DNA of 64,000 nucleotides from Tabrizicola sp. (GCF_041913445.1 NZ_JAYSFG010000002.1:227061-291060); one strand, 5' to 3'. Positions 40,746 through 50,159 are shown, counted from the first letter of the stretch. The notes: a model not told the origin generated them from the letters alone. Translations and numbers: made by a program.

Positions 40746-41203
40746 CAGTGCTTGCGGAACTGGTCGAGCGAAACGATCTCGGCGTCCTGGCGCACGGGCT
40801 CTTCCTCGACCTCGATTTCGACGTCTTCGTCGTCTTCGTCCTCATCCTGTTCCTGCGTCTCGAAGCGCAGGCCGAATTCGACGGACGGATCGACGAAGGT
40901 GCGCAGGGCGTCGAAGGGAATCACCATCGGCTCGGGGTTGTTGCCGAAGTTGAGGGTGATCGAGAAACCTTCGTCGGTGACGACGAGGTTTTCATACCAG
41001 TGCTGGATGACGACGGTCATCTCGGTCGGATAGCGTTCCTTCAGCCAGGCGGCCATCTGCACGTCCGGATGGGTGGTGTCGAAGGTGATGAAGAAGTGGT
41101 GCGCCCCCGGCAGGCCGTGTTCCGCCACTTCGGTCAGGACCGACTGGATCAGACCCCGCATCGCGCGGTGCATGAGGTTGCCGTAGTCGATGCTGCGCGC
41201 CAT
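40745..41203 (-). CDS. sspB: ClpXP adaptor SspB (alphaproteobacterial type)
   Basis: IDYGNL, HHFFITFDT, YPTEMTVVIQH, F.DPSVEFGL, VSLDQFRK; near ssrA. Confidence 0.88.
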   Translation of the reverse strand: MARSIDYGNLMHRAMRGLIQSVLTEVAEHGLPGAHHFFITFDTTHPDVQMAAWLKERYPTEMTVVIQHWYENLVVTDEGFSITLNFGNNPEPMVIPFDALRTFVDPSVEFGLRFETQEQDEDEDDEDVEIEVEEEPVRQDAEIVSLDQFRKH

Positions 41204-41277
41204 GTCGCTGTCCTTTCCGGTTGCGGTGCAGCATAGGCAATTTGGGGGCCAAGGGAAGGGGGCTGGTTCGGGTGGGA

Positions 41278-41928
41278 TCAGCCGACGGGCCGCGTCAGCT
41301 CGCGCAGGAGCTTGAGCCGCAAGGTCCGGGCATAATCCTGCAACCCCCGCGCGGTGACGACGAAACCGCCGGGCGTGATGATCCAGTTGCGGTAGTAGCT
41401 GGTGATCGGAGAGGCCGGTCCCGGCTCTTCGATGGCGATGGCGTTGACCATGATCCCGGCCCTTATCGCCTCGCGTCGCGCGGCGGAATCGGTGAAGCCC
41501 GCGTTTTCCTGTCCGTCGCCCGAGATGTCGACGACCCGGTTCCGGCAATCGGCGACGGCGGCGAATTGCGCGGTCGCGAAGCGGAGGCCCTGGCCCACCG
41601 CGGTGTCGGATCCGGTGAAGGCGCGCGGGATGGCGGCGGCGCGGGCGGCGAAGCGGGTGACGTCCTCGGGCGCAAGCATCCGCTGCCAGGACAGGACCAG
41701 CGCCTGTTCCTCGACGCCCGACCACTGGACGACCGCGAGGGCGACCTGCCCGCGCACCAGGGCGTCGACGACTTCGGCGTCGGACAGGGCGGCGGCGAGT
41801 CCCTCGGTCTGCAGGCGGTAGTCGCCCGCGTCAATCGAGCCGGAGACATCGATGGACAGAAGAAGCGCCGTCTCGCAGGCGAGGGCGGGCTGGGCCGTGA
41901 GGCAGGCGAGAAGGGCCGCGCGGAGCAT
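41278..41928 (-). CDS. DUF1194 (vWA-like) exported protein
   Basis: Signal peptide; LLLSIDVSGSID (MIDAS-like), DISGDG.EN, VNAIAI. Confidence 0.82.
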   Translation of the reverse strand: MLRAALLACLTAQPALACETALLLSIDVSGSIDAGDYRLQTEGLAAALSDAEVVDALVRGQVALAVVQWSGVEEQALVLSWQRMLAPEDVTRFAARAAAIPRAFTGSDTAVGQGLRFATAQFAAVADCRNRVVDISGDGQENAGFTDSAARREAIRAGIMVNAIAIEEPGPASPITSYYRNWIITPGGFVVTARGLQDYARTLRLKLLRELTRPVG

Positions 41929-42036
41929 GGGGAAGGATGTGGCCTGCGACCGGCTTGTGGCAAGCAGCTCGTCGTGCCCTCCGGTTCTCTTCGCAAGGCG
42001 ACGAGGAGTTGAAAACGAACGAGGAGTGATGGGGAA

Positions 42037-42420
42037 GGTGCAGGTTTCTGTTGCCAGGTACCTGTGTCCGGAGGTTTGCCGGAGCCTTCAGGCGGGACAG
42101 TGGAAGTGCCGGATTCTGTTGCCAGGCTCCGGCGGGCCCCGCCTTACGGGGCTAACCGTAAGGGCTTAGTTTTGGTATTGCGAGCCGCTTACGCGGCCAG
42201 CGCCACCGGAGCACGGTTGTCGTTGGCAACTGTGATCATGGACCGATAACGGTGGTACCTCACCGAGCGAAAGCTGGCCTCTTTGGTCGTTCGTCGATCC
42301 TATTTCGGCCCCCTCCTCCCGCAACGAACGGGGTGTTGGTGGAGCCGCCGGGTACCGCCCCCGGGTCCGAGCCGATTATTACAGGTGCGTTTATCGCCAT
42401 AGTCGGGGTTGCCCCCGACA
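42037..42420 (-). ncRNA. ssrA: Two-piece (circularly permuted) tmRNA
   Basis: Acceptor piece ending CTCCACCA at 42337; coding piece starting GGGGCCGAAATAGGATCGAC at 42312; tag ANDNRAPVALAA-stop at 42227..42189; outer ends approximate. Confidence 0.92.
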
Positions 42421-42426
42421 GGGGTA

Positions 42427-42455
42427 GATATAGGCCCGGGGCTTGGGGGGTGCAA
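42427..42455 (-). promoter_or_regulatory. Putative ssrA promoter
   Basis: TTGCAC-N17-TATATC immediately upstream of the acceptor piece. Confidence 0.6.
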
Positions 42456-42483
42456 GTGTGCGGAGGGCGCAGGCGGGCGGCAC

Positions 42484-44058
42484 CTAGACCTCGACGAAGC
42501 TTGCAGGCTCCCGGTCGCGTTCGATGGCAAGGACGGCCTGGTCGGCCAGCCCGATCCCGGCCTGGTTCATCGTCTGGTAAATGTGGTCGGCCCCGGCGGT
42601 CTTGAGACGAAGGACGTGGTCCTCGTAAAGCGCGTGGGCGATGATCGGGCCGCGGAAGCCCTTGGCCCGCAGCGCCTGGGCGGCGCTTTCCTTGGCCTCG
42701 ATGTTGTCCATCGCCAGGATCGCACCTTCGATCCCCGACATGCGCAGGCCGCGCCAGAAGCCTGCGTCCTCGACATCGGCGAAAAGGACGTTGCGCCCGG
42801 CAGAGGTGTGGCCCTGCACGCGGTAGGTGTCGGCGTCGATGCCCACCGCGCGCAGATGCGGGCTGATGGTGTCGTAGGCGGCTGTGCCGGTTCGGCCCAT
42901 CCCGAGGATCAGGACGGAGGCCGCGCCGAGGTCGGTTGGCAGCTCGTCCCGGTGAACGCGGCGGGCCTGGAAGCCGTGGAGATAGGGTTCGAGCCGTCCG
43001 AAAAGCCGGTCGGCGAAGCGGTCGAGGGGGGCCGCGAAGATGAAGGAGAGGCTGACCGCGAGGGCGAGGGGGACGAGCCAGTCGGGCAGGACGGCTGCGG
43101 CGACGATCAGGCTGAACTCGCTATAGGCGGTCAGGTTGAGCGCGGTGAGGAAGGCAGTCCGGGCGCGGAGGCGGAAGGCGAGGAGGAGGGCGAAGAAGAG
43201 CGCGCCCTTGAGCGGCAGGAGGAGGGTGAGGGCGAGCGCGATGGCAAGGTCCTCGGGGCCCGGGAGGCCGGACATGCCGATCTGCAGGAAGAAGCCGACG
43301 AGGAACAGCTCTTTCAGGCCCCAGAGCGAGTCGGAGAGTTCCTTTGCGCGGGTGTGGGTGGACAACAGGAGGCCCACCACGAGGGCCCCGATCTCGGCCC
43401 CGAGGCCAACGGCCTCGAACCCCGCGCCACCGGCGACGATGGCCAGGAGCATTCCGGCGAGGACGAGAAGCTCGTCATGGCCGGAGGCGTCGAGGAGCCA
43501 GTGGAGCGCGGGCCGGGCGAGGGGGAGGGCGGCGAGGAGGGCGAGCGCCGAGGGCGAGGGCGCCTGGCCGCTGTAGATGGCAAGGACGGCGAGCGCGATG
43601 ATGTCCTGGACGACGAGGATGCCGATGGCGGTGCGGCCGTAGAAGGCGCCGATGTCGCGCTTGGCTTCCAGCACCTTGGCCGAGAAGACGGTGGAGGAAA
43701 AGGACAGCACCACGCCGAGGAGGAGGGCCGTTGGCCAGTCGAGGCCGAGGAAGACGACGAGGCCCAGAGAGAAGACGGCCGTGGTGATGGCGGAATGGAT
43801 CAGCGCGCCACCGACGACCTGGGGCTGGGCAAGCTGGCCGAGGCGGAGCTTGAGGCCGACGCCGAAGAGAAGGAGGAGGACGCCCAGATGGGCAACGTGG
43901 TCGAGGATCTCGCCCGAGGTTTCCGGCAGGCCGAGGCTGGGGCCGGCCGCGTTGATCGCGAAGCCGGCGGCAAGGAAGCCCACGAGCGGCGGCAGGCCGA
44001 TGCGACGGACGGCGAGGCCGAAGGTGAAGGCGAAGCTGAGGGAAATGACTTCGAACAT
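42484..44058 (-). CDS. CPA2 cation:proton antiporter with TrkA-N domain
   Basis: LPPLVGFL, SFSSTV, ILVVQD, SEFS, LGMGRTG. Confidence 0.88.
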   Translation of the reverse strand: MFEVISLSFAFTFGLAVRRIGLPPLVGFLAAGFAINAAGPSLGLPETSGEILDHVAHLGVLLLLFGVGLKLRLGQLAQPQVVGGALIHSAITTAVFSLGLVVFLGLDWPTALLLGVVLSFSSTVFSAKVLEAKRDIGAFYGRTAIGILVVQDIIALAVLAIYSGQAPSPSALALLAALPLARPALHWLLDASGHDELLVLAGMLLAIVAGGAGFEAVGLGAEIGALVVGLLLSTHTRAKELSDSLWGLKELFLVGFFLQIGMSGLPGPEDLAIALALTLLLPLKGALFFALLLAFRLRARTAFLTALNLTAYSEFSLIVAAAVLPDWLVPLALAVSLSFIFAAPLDRFADRLFGRLEPYLHGFQARRVHRDELPTDLGAASVLILGMGRTGTAAYDTISPHLRAVGIDADTYRVQGHTSAGRNVLFADVEDAGFWRGLRMSGIEGAILAMDNIEAKESAAQALRAKGFRGPIIAHALYEDHVLRLKTAGADHIYQTMNQAGIGLADQAVLAIERDREPASFVEV

Positions 44059-44138
44059 GGGGACCGGGATGGGGGCGCCCGAGGCTTAGACGGGGCGGGG
44101 CGGGGGCGCAACGGGGGTGTGGGCCGTGGGCGGCGGAG

Positions 44139-44203
44139 TGTCCACGGTGGACATTTCCGCAATTGCAAATGAAATCAAAGATTTGACTGAAAACGTTAGG
44201 AAT
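44139..44203 (+). repeat. Tripartite module, copy B, with TGTCCAC-G-GTGGACA palindrome
   Basis: GTGGACA 44147-53; AATCAAAGATTTG 44173-85; CGTTAGGAAT 44194-203. Confidence 0.6.
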
Positions 44204-44280
44204 TTGGAAAGCATGGGCAAAGGGTCCGCCGACTGCTGGCTTCAATCCCTGCCAGGCCCCTCGTCGGACCGGGCGAGGAA

Positions 44281-45210
44281 TCAGGCTGGTGCGGACTGTC
44301 CAGTCGGGCTGGAGACCGGGGCATCAGCCGCCGCCACCGTGGCGATAAGGTCGCGCAGCCAGGAAAGGCCGGGGCTGAGGCTGGTGCGGTCGTGCCAGAT
44401 CAGACCGTAGTCGATGACCGGCGTGGCAAAGGGCAGGGGATGCACGCACAACCCGGCCGGAAGACCTTGCGCCAGACGCGCGGGAAGCGTGACGATCAGG
44501 TCGCTTGCGGCGGCTACCGCCAGGTTGGCGGCAAAGCTGGGGGAAACCAGGCCCACGCGACGTGCCTTGCCAAATGCGGCCAGCGCGGCATCGACCGGGC
44601 TTTGGCCGGGGTGACCGAAGGATACGACGGCGTGGGCCGACCGCAGGTAGCCGTCGAGCTTCAGGAGCCCTGACTGTCCAAGTGCGGGATGGTCGGCCGC
44701 GAGGACGGCGACGAAATGGTCGCGGAAAAGCGGGCGGTGACAGAAGGGCGGTTCGGGCGGCGCGACGCCCCAGAAGGACAGTTCGATCTCGCCTTCCGCC
44801 AATTGGCGCAGGGTCCGCTGGCCGACAACCTGCGCCTCGATGACCGTGCCAGGAGATATCCGCCGGAGCGCCGAAAGGAGGGCTGGCAGGAGTGTCAGGT
44901 TCGCGAAATCCGTACTCGCGACCCGCACCAGCAGGCTGTCCCTGGAGGGGTTGTGATGCTCTGGCGCAAGCAGTGCGCGGCTTTCGGCAACAAGGGCGGC
45001 GGCGCGTCCTGCCAGGACCAGCGCCCGCGGGGTGGGGACCAGACCGCGACCCGACCGAGTGAAAAGGGCATCCCCTGTCGCCCGGCGCAATCGGGCGAGC
45101 GCGTGACTGACCGCAGGTTGGCTGAGCGCAAGCGCCTGTGCCGCCCGCGACACCGAGCCGGTTCGGCAAAGTGCATCCAGGACAGCAAGAAGGTTCAGGT
45201 CAGGTTTCAT
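44281..45210 (-). CDS. LysR-family transcriptional regulator (NodD/LeuO-like)
   Basis: DLNLL, SVSRAA, SQPAVSHALARLR, LFTR. Confidence 0.92.
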   Translation of the reverse strand: MKPDLNLLAVLDALCRTGSVSRAAQALALSQPAVSHALARLRRATGDALFTRSGRGLVPTPRALVLAGRAAALVAESRALLAPEHHNPSRDSLLVRVASTDFANLTLLPALLSALRRISPGTVIEAQVVGQRTLRQLAEGEIELSFWGVAPPEPPFCHRPLFRDHFVAVLAADHPALGQSGLLKLDGYLRSAHAVVSFGHPGQSPVDAALAAFGKARRVGLVSPSFAANLAVAAASDLIVTLPARLAQGLPAGLCVHPLPFATPVIDYGLIWHDRTSLSPGLSWLRDLIATVAAADAPVSSPTGQSAPA

Positions 45211-45323
45211 GCATGGAATTCATGGCTCGTGTAAAAACGTTTCATTTGTCGCATGTCTTTGCAAGTGGCAGCACAGAACCGAGGCAGCCGGCGAGCAAGG
45301 CGGTGCCGCAAGGGAGACAGGGA

Positions 45324-45737
45324 ATGACGATGGCCACCCTTCCGCTGCTTGACCCCATTCCGACCCGCGCCAAGGTGTTCGGCTGGGTTCTTGTGCTGGC
45401 CGGATGCTTCTTCGGCTATGTGTACATGGCCATGCCCGGGGCCTTCTTCCCCGGCGTGACGGTCGAGACGTTTTCGGAACGGTTCGGGCTTTACAGCACG
45501 GGTGTACGGATCTTCGGATCCGTGGTCGGACTGGTGATTGCCCTGCTGCTGAACAGCGCGGCCCTGCTGGCCCTGATGCTGGCCACGCGCATCTTCATCG
45601 AACTTGGCGACGTCGTGGTCGGGCTGGTCCTGAACGGGGTGCCGGACCAGAACACACTGAACCTGACGGTGCTTGCCCTGGTGGAAACCTATATGCTGGC
45701 GTTCCTGATCCGACATCTCCGGCGTCGCCGGGTGTAG
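45324..45737 (+). CDS. Hypothetical 4-TM membrane protein divergent from LysR
   Basis: RBS GGGA; four hydrophobic segments. Confidence 0.7.
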   Translation: MTMATLPLLDPIPTRAKVFGWVLVLAGCFFGYVYMAMPGAFFPGVTVETFSERFGLYSTGVRIFGSVVGLVIALLLNSAALLALMLATRIFIELGDVVVGLVLNGVPDQNTLNLTVLALVETYMLAFLIRHLRRRRV

Positions 45738-45749
45738 GAGCCATCAACG

Positions 45750-45778
45750 AAAAACGCCCGGGAGGTCATCCCGGGCGT
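45750..45778 (-). terminator. Intrinsic terminator of the SBP gene
   Basis: ACGCCCGGGA/TCCCGGGCGT 10-bp stem with a short T tract on the minus strand. Confidence 0.7.
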
Positions 45779-45800
45779 CCAAGGTTAGGTCAGGTCGGGA

Positions 45801-46847
45801 TCAGAAGCCCGACTTGATCAGCTCGAATTCCTCGATCATGCGGTCGCGGAGTTCGGTCGTCGGCGGCGACTGCACGAAGAGCGGCGTGGTCACCGGGTCG
45901 ACATAGGCCGCCTTCAGCGCCTCGGCCGGGATCTCGGCCATCGCGGCGTCGTTCGCCAGCGCATAGCCGATCGCGTCCAGAAGCGGCTGGGCCGAGGAAT
46001 GGGCCAGGATCGAGTTCATGTAGTCGTAGGCCTTGTCCTCGTTGCCCGGGGCGTCCTTCATGTTGACCATGCCGCAGTACCAGGTCGCGGCACCTTCGGC
46101 GGCGGCGCGGTTGAAGCCGACGGGGAAGTTCTCGGCCTGCAGGATCGCGACGGGGTCGTTCCAGGACCAGGCCACCTGAACCTCGCCCGAGGCCATCAGC
46201 TGGGACAGTTCCGAGGGGTCGGACCAGTAGGCGCGGACGTTCGGGTGCACCTTGCGGAGCCAGTCGGCGGCGGCGGTGAACTGCTCGTCGGTCACGTTGT
46301 CCCAGGAGGTCACGCCGGTTGCCATGAAGGCCAAGGACCAAACGTCGTCGGTGTTGTCGGGCAGCGAGATGCGGCCGGCGTATTTCTCGGAGGCGAAGAC
46401 CTGGACCGAGGCCACGTCCTCGGCCGGGACCGTCTCGGCGTTGTAGGCGATGGCGGTGTAGGCGTCGTCGGTCGGGATGAACCAGACGCCCTGTTCATTG
46501 GTGAAGGGCTCGTGCATCCGCGCGGGGATGTTGGCGAATTCGGGGATCTTCGAGGTGTCCCAGGGCTCGATCAGGCCGGCGTCGATGTAGCGGGGAACCG
46601 CAGCGGCGCAGGGGTGGACCACGTCGGCCTTGAAGCCGGAGGAGACCTTCTGGAACGCCTCGTCATCGTCGGCGAAGAAGACATAGGTCGGCTTCTGGCC
46701 GTGCTTGTCGACGTAGGGTTGCAGCATCCCGTCGATCTCCCAGCCGGCCCAGTCGAGAATGGTCAGCTCGGGATCGGCCGCCTGGGCGGCGACGGAAAGC
46801 GACAGCACCGAGGCTGCGCTGAGAAGGGCAAGGGATTTGCGGCTCAT
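45801..46847 (-). CDS. PotD/PotF-family ABC substrate-binding protein (orphan)
   Basis: Signal peptide; ILDWAGW, DVVHP, MASGEV..AWSWN; RBS GAGGAG. Confidence 0.82.
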   Translation of the reverse strand: MSRKSLALLSAASVLSLSVAAQAADPELTILDWAGWEIDGMLQPYVDKHGQKPTYVFFADDDEAFQKVSSGFKADVVHPCAAAVPRYIDAGLIEPWDTSKIPEFANIPARMHEPFTNEQGVWFIPTDDAYTAIAYNAETVPAEDVASVQVFASEKYAGRISLPDNTDDVWSLAFMATGVTSWDNVTDEQFTAAADWLRKVHPNVRAYWSDPSELSQLMASGEVQVAWSWNDPVAILQAENFPVGFNRAAAEGAATWYCGMVNMKDAPGNEDKAYDYMNSILAHSSAQPLLDAIGYALANDAAMAEIPAEALKAAYVDPVTTPLFVQSPPTTELRDRMIEEFELIKSGF

Positions 46848-47259
46848 TTGTGCTCCTCTGCAGTGACACGCGGACAGCACCAGCGGCTGCCGGATGTTCG
46901 TTCGTTGTGGTGAAGACGCGGGCCCCTCGCCCCGCCTTGGTGCGATGAAGGTGGTTTGGGACAGCAGAAAGGACAAGGGGAAACTGCGGGATTTTGCGGC
47001 CATTGCCGAAGAAAAGGGCGCAAAACCGGCTGACCCAGCGTCAGGTTGCCTGATTGCCGGGCGCGTGAGGGGCACACGGGCCGGTTGTGGGGCCCGTCGG
47101 CGGGGGTTGCGGGGCGGGGAGAGGGGCGCTACTTCTTTGCGCGAGGCCGGGGTGATCCCGGCTCTGGCCCCAGGGGAGACATCCGGGGGTCTGGCTGGAA
47201 GACCTGCCGCGGACCGGGACCTCCCGCCTTTCGCGCGGGTGTCCGGGGACCGCGGCCCG

Positions 47260-48501
47260 ATGGAGGAGCCGCAGGTGGCGCTTGATCTTGATTTCGTCCG
47301 TTCGCAGTTCCCGGCGTTTTCGTCGCCGGTCTTGTCGTCCCATGCGTTCTTCGAGAATGCGGGCGGCAGTTACCCTTGCCAGCAGGTGGTGGACCGCCTG
47401 ACGCGGTTCTACCGGGACCGGAAGGTGCAGCCCTATGGGCCCTATCCGGCGGCGCAGGCGGGCGGGGCCGAGATGGACGAAGCGCGGACGCGGCTGGCGG
47501 CGATGATGGGGGTCCGGCGCGAGGAGGTGTCCTTCGGGCCGTCGACCAGCGCGAATACCTATGTGCTGGCTCAAGGAGTGCGGAAGTGGCTGGCGGGGAC
47601 GGACGGGGCCGTGGTGGTGACGAACCAGGACCACGAGGCGAATTCGGGGGTCTGGCGGCGGCTGGCCGAGGAGGGGATCGAGGTTCGGGAGTGGAAGCTG
47701 GACCCGGGGACCGGATCGCTGCGGGTGGAGGACCTGCAGGCGCTTCTGGTGGACGGGAAGGTGAAGCTCGTCTGCTTCCCGCATTGTTCGAACGTCATCG
47801 CCGAGATCAACGACGTGGCGGGGATCTGCGCGGTGGCGAAGGTCGCGGGCGCGCGGACGGTGGTGGACGGGGTGTCTTACGCTCCGCACGGGTTCCCGGA
47901 CGTGGCGGCCTTGGGCTGCGATGTGTATCTGTTTTCGGCCTACAAGACCTTCGGGCCGCACCAGGGGATCATGGTGCTGCGCGAGGCCTTCGGGATGGAG
48001 CTGCCGGGGCAGGCGCATTTCTTCAACCATGGGGTGCTGTACAAGCGGCACACGCCGGCGGGGCCGGACCATGCGCAGATCGCGGCCTGTGCGGGGATGG
48101 CGGATTACATCGATGCGCTGGCCGAGCGGCATGGGATCGCGGGCGACCCGGTGGTGCGGAACAAGGGCGTGCACGACCTGATGCGGGCGCAGGAGGTGGC
48201 GGTGATCCAGCCGCTTCTGGACTACCTGGGACAGCGGAACGATGTGCGGCTTCTGGGGCCCCGGGACGCCGGGCTGCGGGCTCCGACGGTGGCCGTGGAG
48301 CTGGACCGGGTGGCGGAGCCGGTCAGCGAGGAGTTGGGCCGCAACGGGATCGCCTGCTGGGCGGGGGATTTCTACGCGGTGCGGCCGCTGGAGGCCTTGG
48401 GGATTTCGCGCGACAAGGGTGTGCTGCGGATGAGTGCGGTGCATTATACTTCGGCCGAAGAGGTCGCCCGGCTGATCGCGGCGCTGGACCGGGTGCTTTG
48501 A
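47260..48501 (+). CDS. Class V PLP aminotransferase / cysteine-desulfurase-like
   Basis: FENAGGS, DHEAN, VDGVSYAPH, FSAYKTFGP. Confidence 0.85.
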   Translation: MEEPQVALDLDFVRSQFPAFSSPVLSSHAFFENAGGSYPCQQVVDRLTRFYRDRKVQPYGPYPAAQAGGAEMDEARTRLAAMMGVRREEVSFGPSTSANTYVLAQGVRKWLAGTDGAVVVTNQDHEANSGVWRRLAEEGIEVREWKLDPGTGSLRVEDLQALLVDGKVKLVCFPHCSNVIAEINDVAGICAVAKVAGARTVVDGVSYAPHGFPDVAALGCDVYLFSAYKTFGPHQGIMVLREAFGMELPGQAHFFNHGVLYKRHTPAGPDHAQIAACAGMADYIDALAERHGIAGDPVVRNKGVHDLMRAQEVAVIQPLLDYLGQRNDVRLLGPRDAGLRAPTVAVELDRVAEPVSEELGRNGIACWAGDFYAVRPLEALGISRDKGVLRMSAVHYTSAEEVARLIAALDRVL

Positions 48502-48545
48502 CCGGGTCAGTCTAGCGGAGCGCTGGCGCGCAAGCCTTTGCGTTT

Positions 48546-48630
48546 GTCCCTTGCGCGTGAAGAACGCGCAAGGGACGGCGTTGGGGGTTTTCCACCCCCA
48601 AACCCCCGAGGATATTTCTGCAAAGATGAA
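48546..48630. repeat. Composite intergenic palindrome cluster
   Basis: 13-bp perfect stem GTCCCTTGCGCGT/ACGCGCAAGGGAC, TTGGGGG/CCCCCAA stem, then ACCCCCGAGGATATTT...AAGATGAA. Confidence 0.65.
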
Positions 48631-48639
48631 AGGGTTGGT

Positions 48640-48668
48640 TGATCCGGTCCTCGTCGGCTTGCGTATTG
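48640..48668 (+). promoter_or_regulatory. SigmaE (RpoE/ChrR)-type promoter
   Basis: TGATCC-N16-CGTATTG ending 24 bp upstream of the photolyase ATG. Confidence 0.75.
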
Positions 48669-48691
48669 ATCTGGATTGAGAAGGCTGGGGA

Positions 48692-50104
48692 ATGTCTGAG
48701 ACAGCGCTGATCCTGTGGCTCCGCCGCGACCTGCGGTTGGGCGACCAGCCGATGCTTGCCGCTGCGGTCGCCTCGGGGCGTCCCGTGGTGCCCGTCTTCA
48801 TCCTGGATCCGGAGACCGAGGCCATCGGCGCGGCGCCGACGTGGCGGCTGGGGCTTTCCGTCGCGGCGTTTGCCAAGGCGCTGGAGGGGCTGGGCGTGCG
48901 GCTGGTCCTGCGGCGCGGGCCGGCGCTGGAGGTCTTGCGGGCGCTTGTCGCCGAGACGGGGGCGGGCGGGGTCTGGTGGTCGCGGCTTTATGATCCGGCC
49001 TCGGTCGCGCGGGATACTGCGGTCAAGGCGGCGCTGAAGGGGGACGGGGTCGAGGCGCGGTCCTTTGCCGGGCATCTGTTGCATGAGCCCTGGGAGGTGG
49101 AGACCGGGACGGGCGGGTTCTACCGGGTGTTCACGCCTTACTGGAAGGCGACGCGAGGGCTGGGGGTCGCGGCTCCGGAGCCCGCGCCGAAGGCGCTGCG
49201 CGGGGTGGAGCGCTGGCCGGCCTCGGACCGGCTGGAGGACTGGAGCCTGGGCGCGGCGATGAACCGGGGGGCCTCGGTCGTGCTGTCCTACCAGGCGGTG
49301 GGGGAGGCGGCGGCGCGGGCGAAGCTTTCGGCGTTTCTGGACGGGCCGGTCGCGCGCTATTCCGAGATGCGGGATTATCCGGGCGTGGCGGGGACGTCGC
49401 GGCTGTCGGAGAACCTCACCTACGGGGAGATCGGCATCCGCGAGGTCTGGCACGCGGGCCTGCGGGCGCGGGACGAGGGGCGGGCGGGGGCGGAGAGCTT
49501 CCTGCGCGAGCTGGCCTGGCGGGAGTTCAGCTATCACCTGATGCATCATACTCCGCAGATCACCAGCGCCAACTGGCGGCCGGAATGGGATTCCTTCCCC
49601 TGGCGCGGCGACAGCGAGGCGGCGGAGCGTTGGCGGCGGGGGATGACGGGCGAGCCCTTCGTCGATGCCGCGATGCGCGAGATGTATGTCACCGGCACGA
49701 TGCACAACCGCGCGCGGATGATCGCGGGGAGTTACCTGACGAAGCATCTGCTGACGCACTGGAAGGTCGGGCTCGACTGGTTCGCGGACTGCCTGACCGA
49801 CTGGGACCCGGCGGCGAATGCGATGGGATGGCAATGGGTTGCCGGATCGGGGCCGGACGCGGCGCCCTATTTCCGGGTGTTCAATCCGGCTGGACAGGCC
49901 GAGAAGTTCGACAAGGATGCGCGCTACCGGCGTCGGTTCGTGGCCGAACTGTCGAAAAGCCCGGGGCCGGAGGCCTTGGCCTTCTTCGAGGCGGTGCCGC
50001 GGTCCTGGAGGCTGCGGCCGGACCAGTCCTATCCGAAGCCCGTGGTCGATCTGGCCGCTGGCCGCGCAGCTGCCCTTGCGGCATACGGGGCACGAAATGC
50101 TTGA
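48692..50104 (+). CDS. phr: Class I CPD DNA photolyase
   Basis: WLRRDLRL.D, TSRLS.NLTYGE, ELAWREF, MHNRARM, NAMGWQW, YFRVFNP. Confidence 0.95.
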   Translation: MSETALILWLRRDLRLGDQPMLAAAVASGRPVVPVFILDPETEAIGAAPTWRLGLSVAAFAKALEGLGVRLVLRRGPALEVLRALVAETGAGGVWWSRLYDPASVARDTAVKAALKGDGVEARSFAGHLLHEPWEVETGTGGFYRVFTPYWKATRGLGVAAPEPAPKALRGVERWPASDRLEDWSLGAAMNRGASVVLSYQAVGEAAARAKLSAFLDGPVARYSEMRDYPGVAGTSRLSENLTYGEIGIREVWHAGLRARDEGRAGAESFLRELAWREFSYHLMHHTPQITSANWRPEWDSFPWRGDSEAAERWRRGMTGEPFVDAAMREMYVTGTMHNRARMIAGSYLTKHLLTHWKVGLDWFADCLTDWDPAANAMGWQWVAGSGPDAAPYFRVFNPAGQAEKFDKDARYRRRFVAELSKSPGPEALAFFEAVPRSWRLRPDQSYPKPVVDLAAGRAAALAAYGARNA

Positions 50105-50159
50105 GCAACGCATCACCTTTGGTGAAAGTGTTTGCGATAACGACCCTGGGGGTGGGCCG

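Noticed and set aside
42337-45737. Genomic island integrated at tmRNA
   Set aside because: No integrase and no duplicated tmRNA acceptor-end att sequence found
47100-47215. Cobalamin or glycine riboswitch (GGAAGACCTGCC) upstream of the aminotransferase
   Set aside because: The CCCCGCAAC-like core occurs only on the opposite strand; other conserved elements are missing
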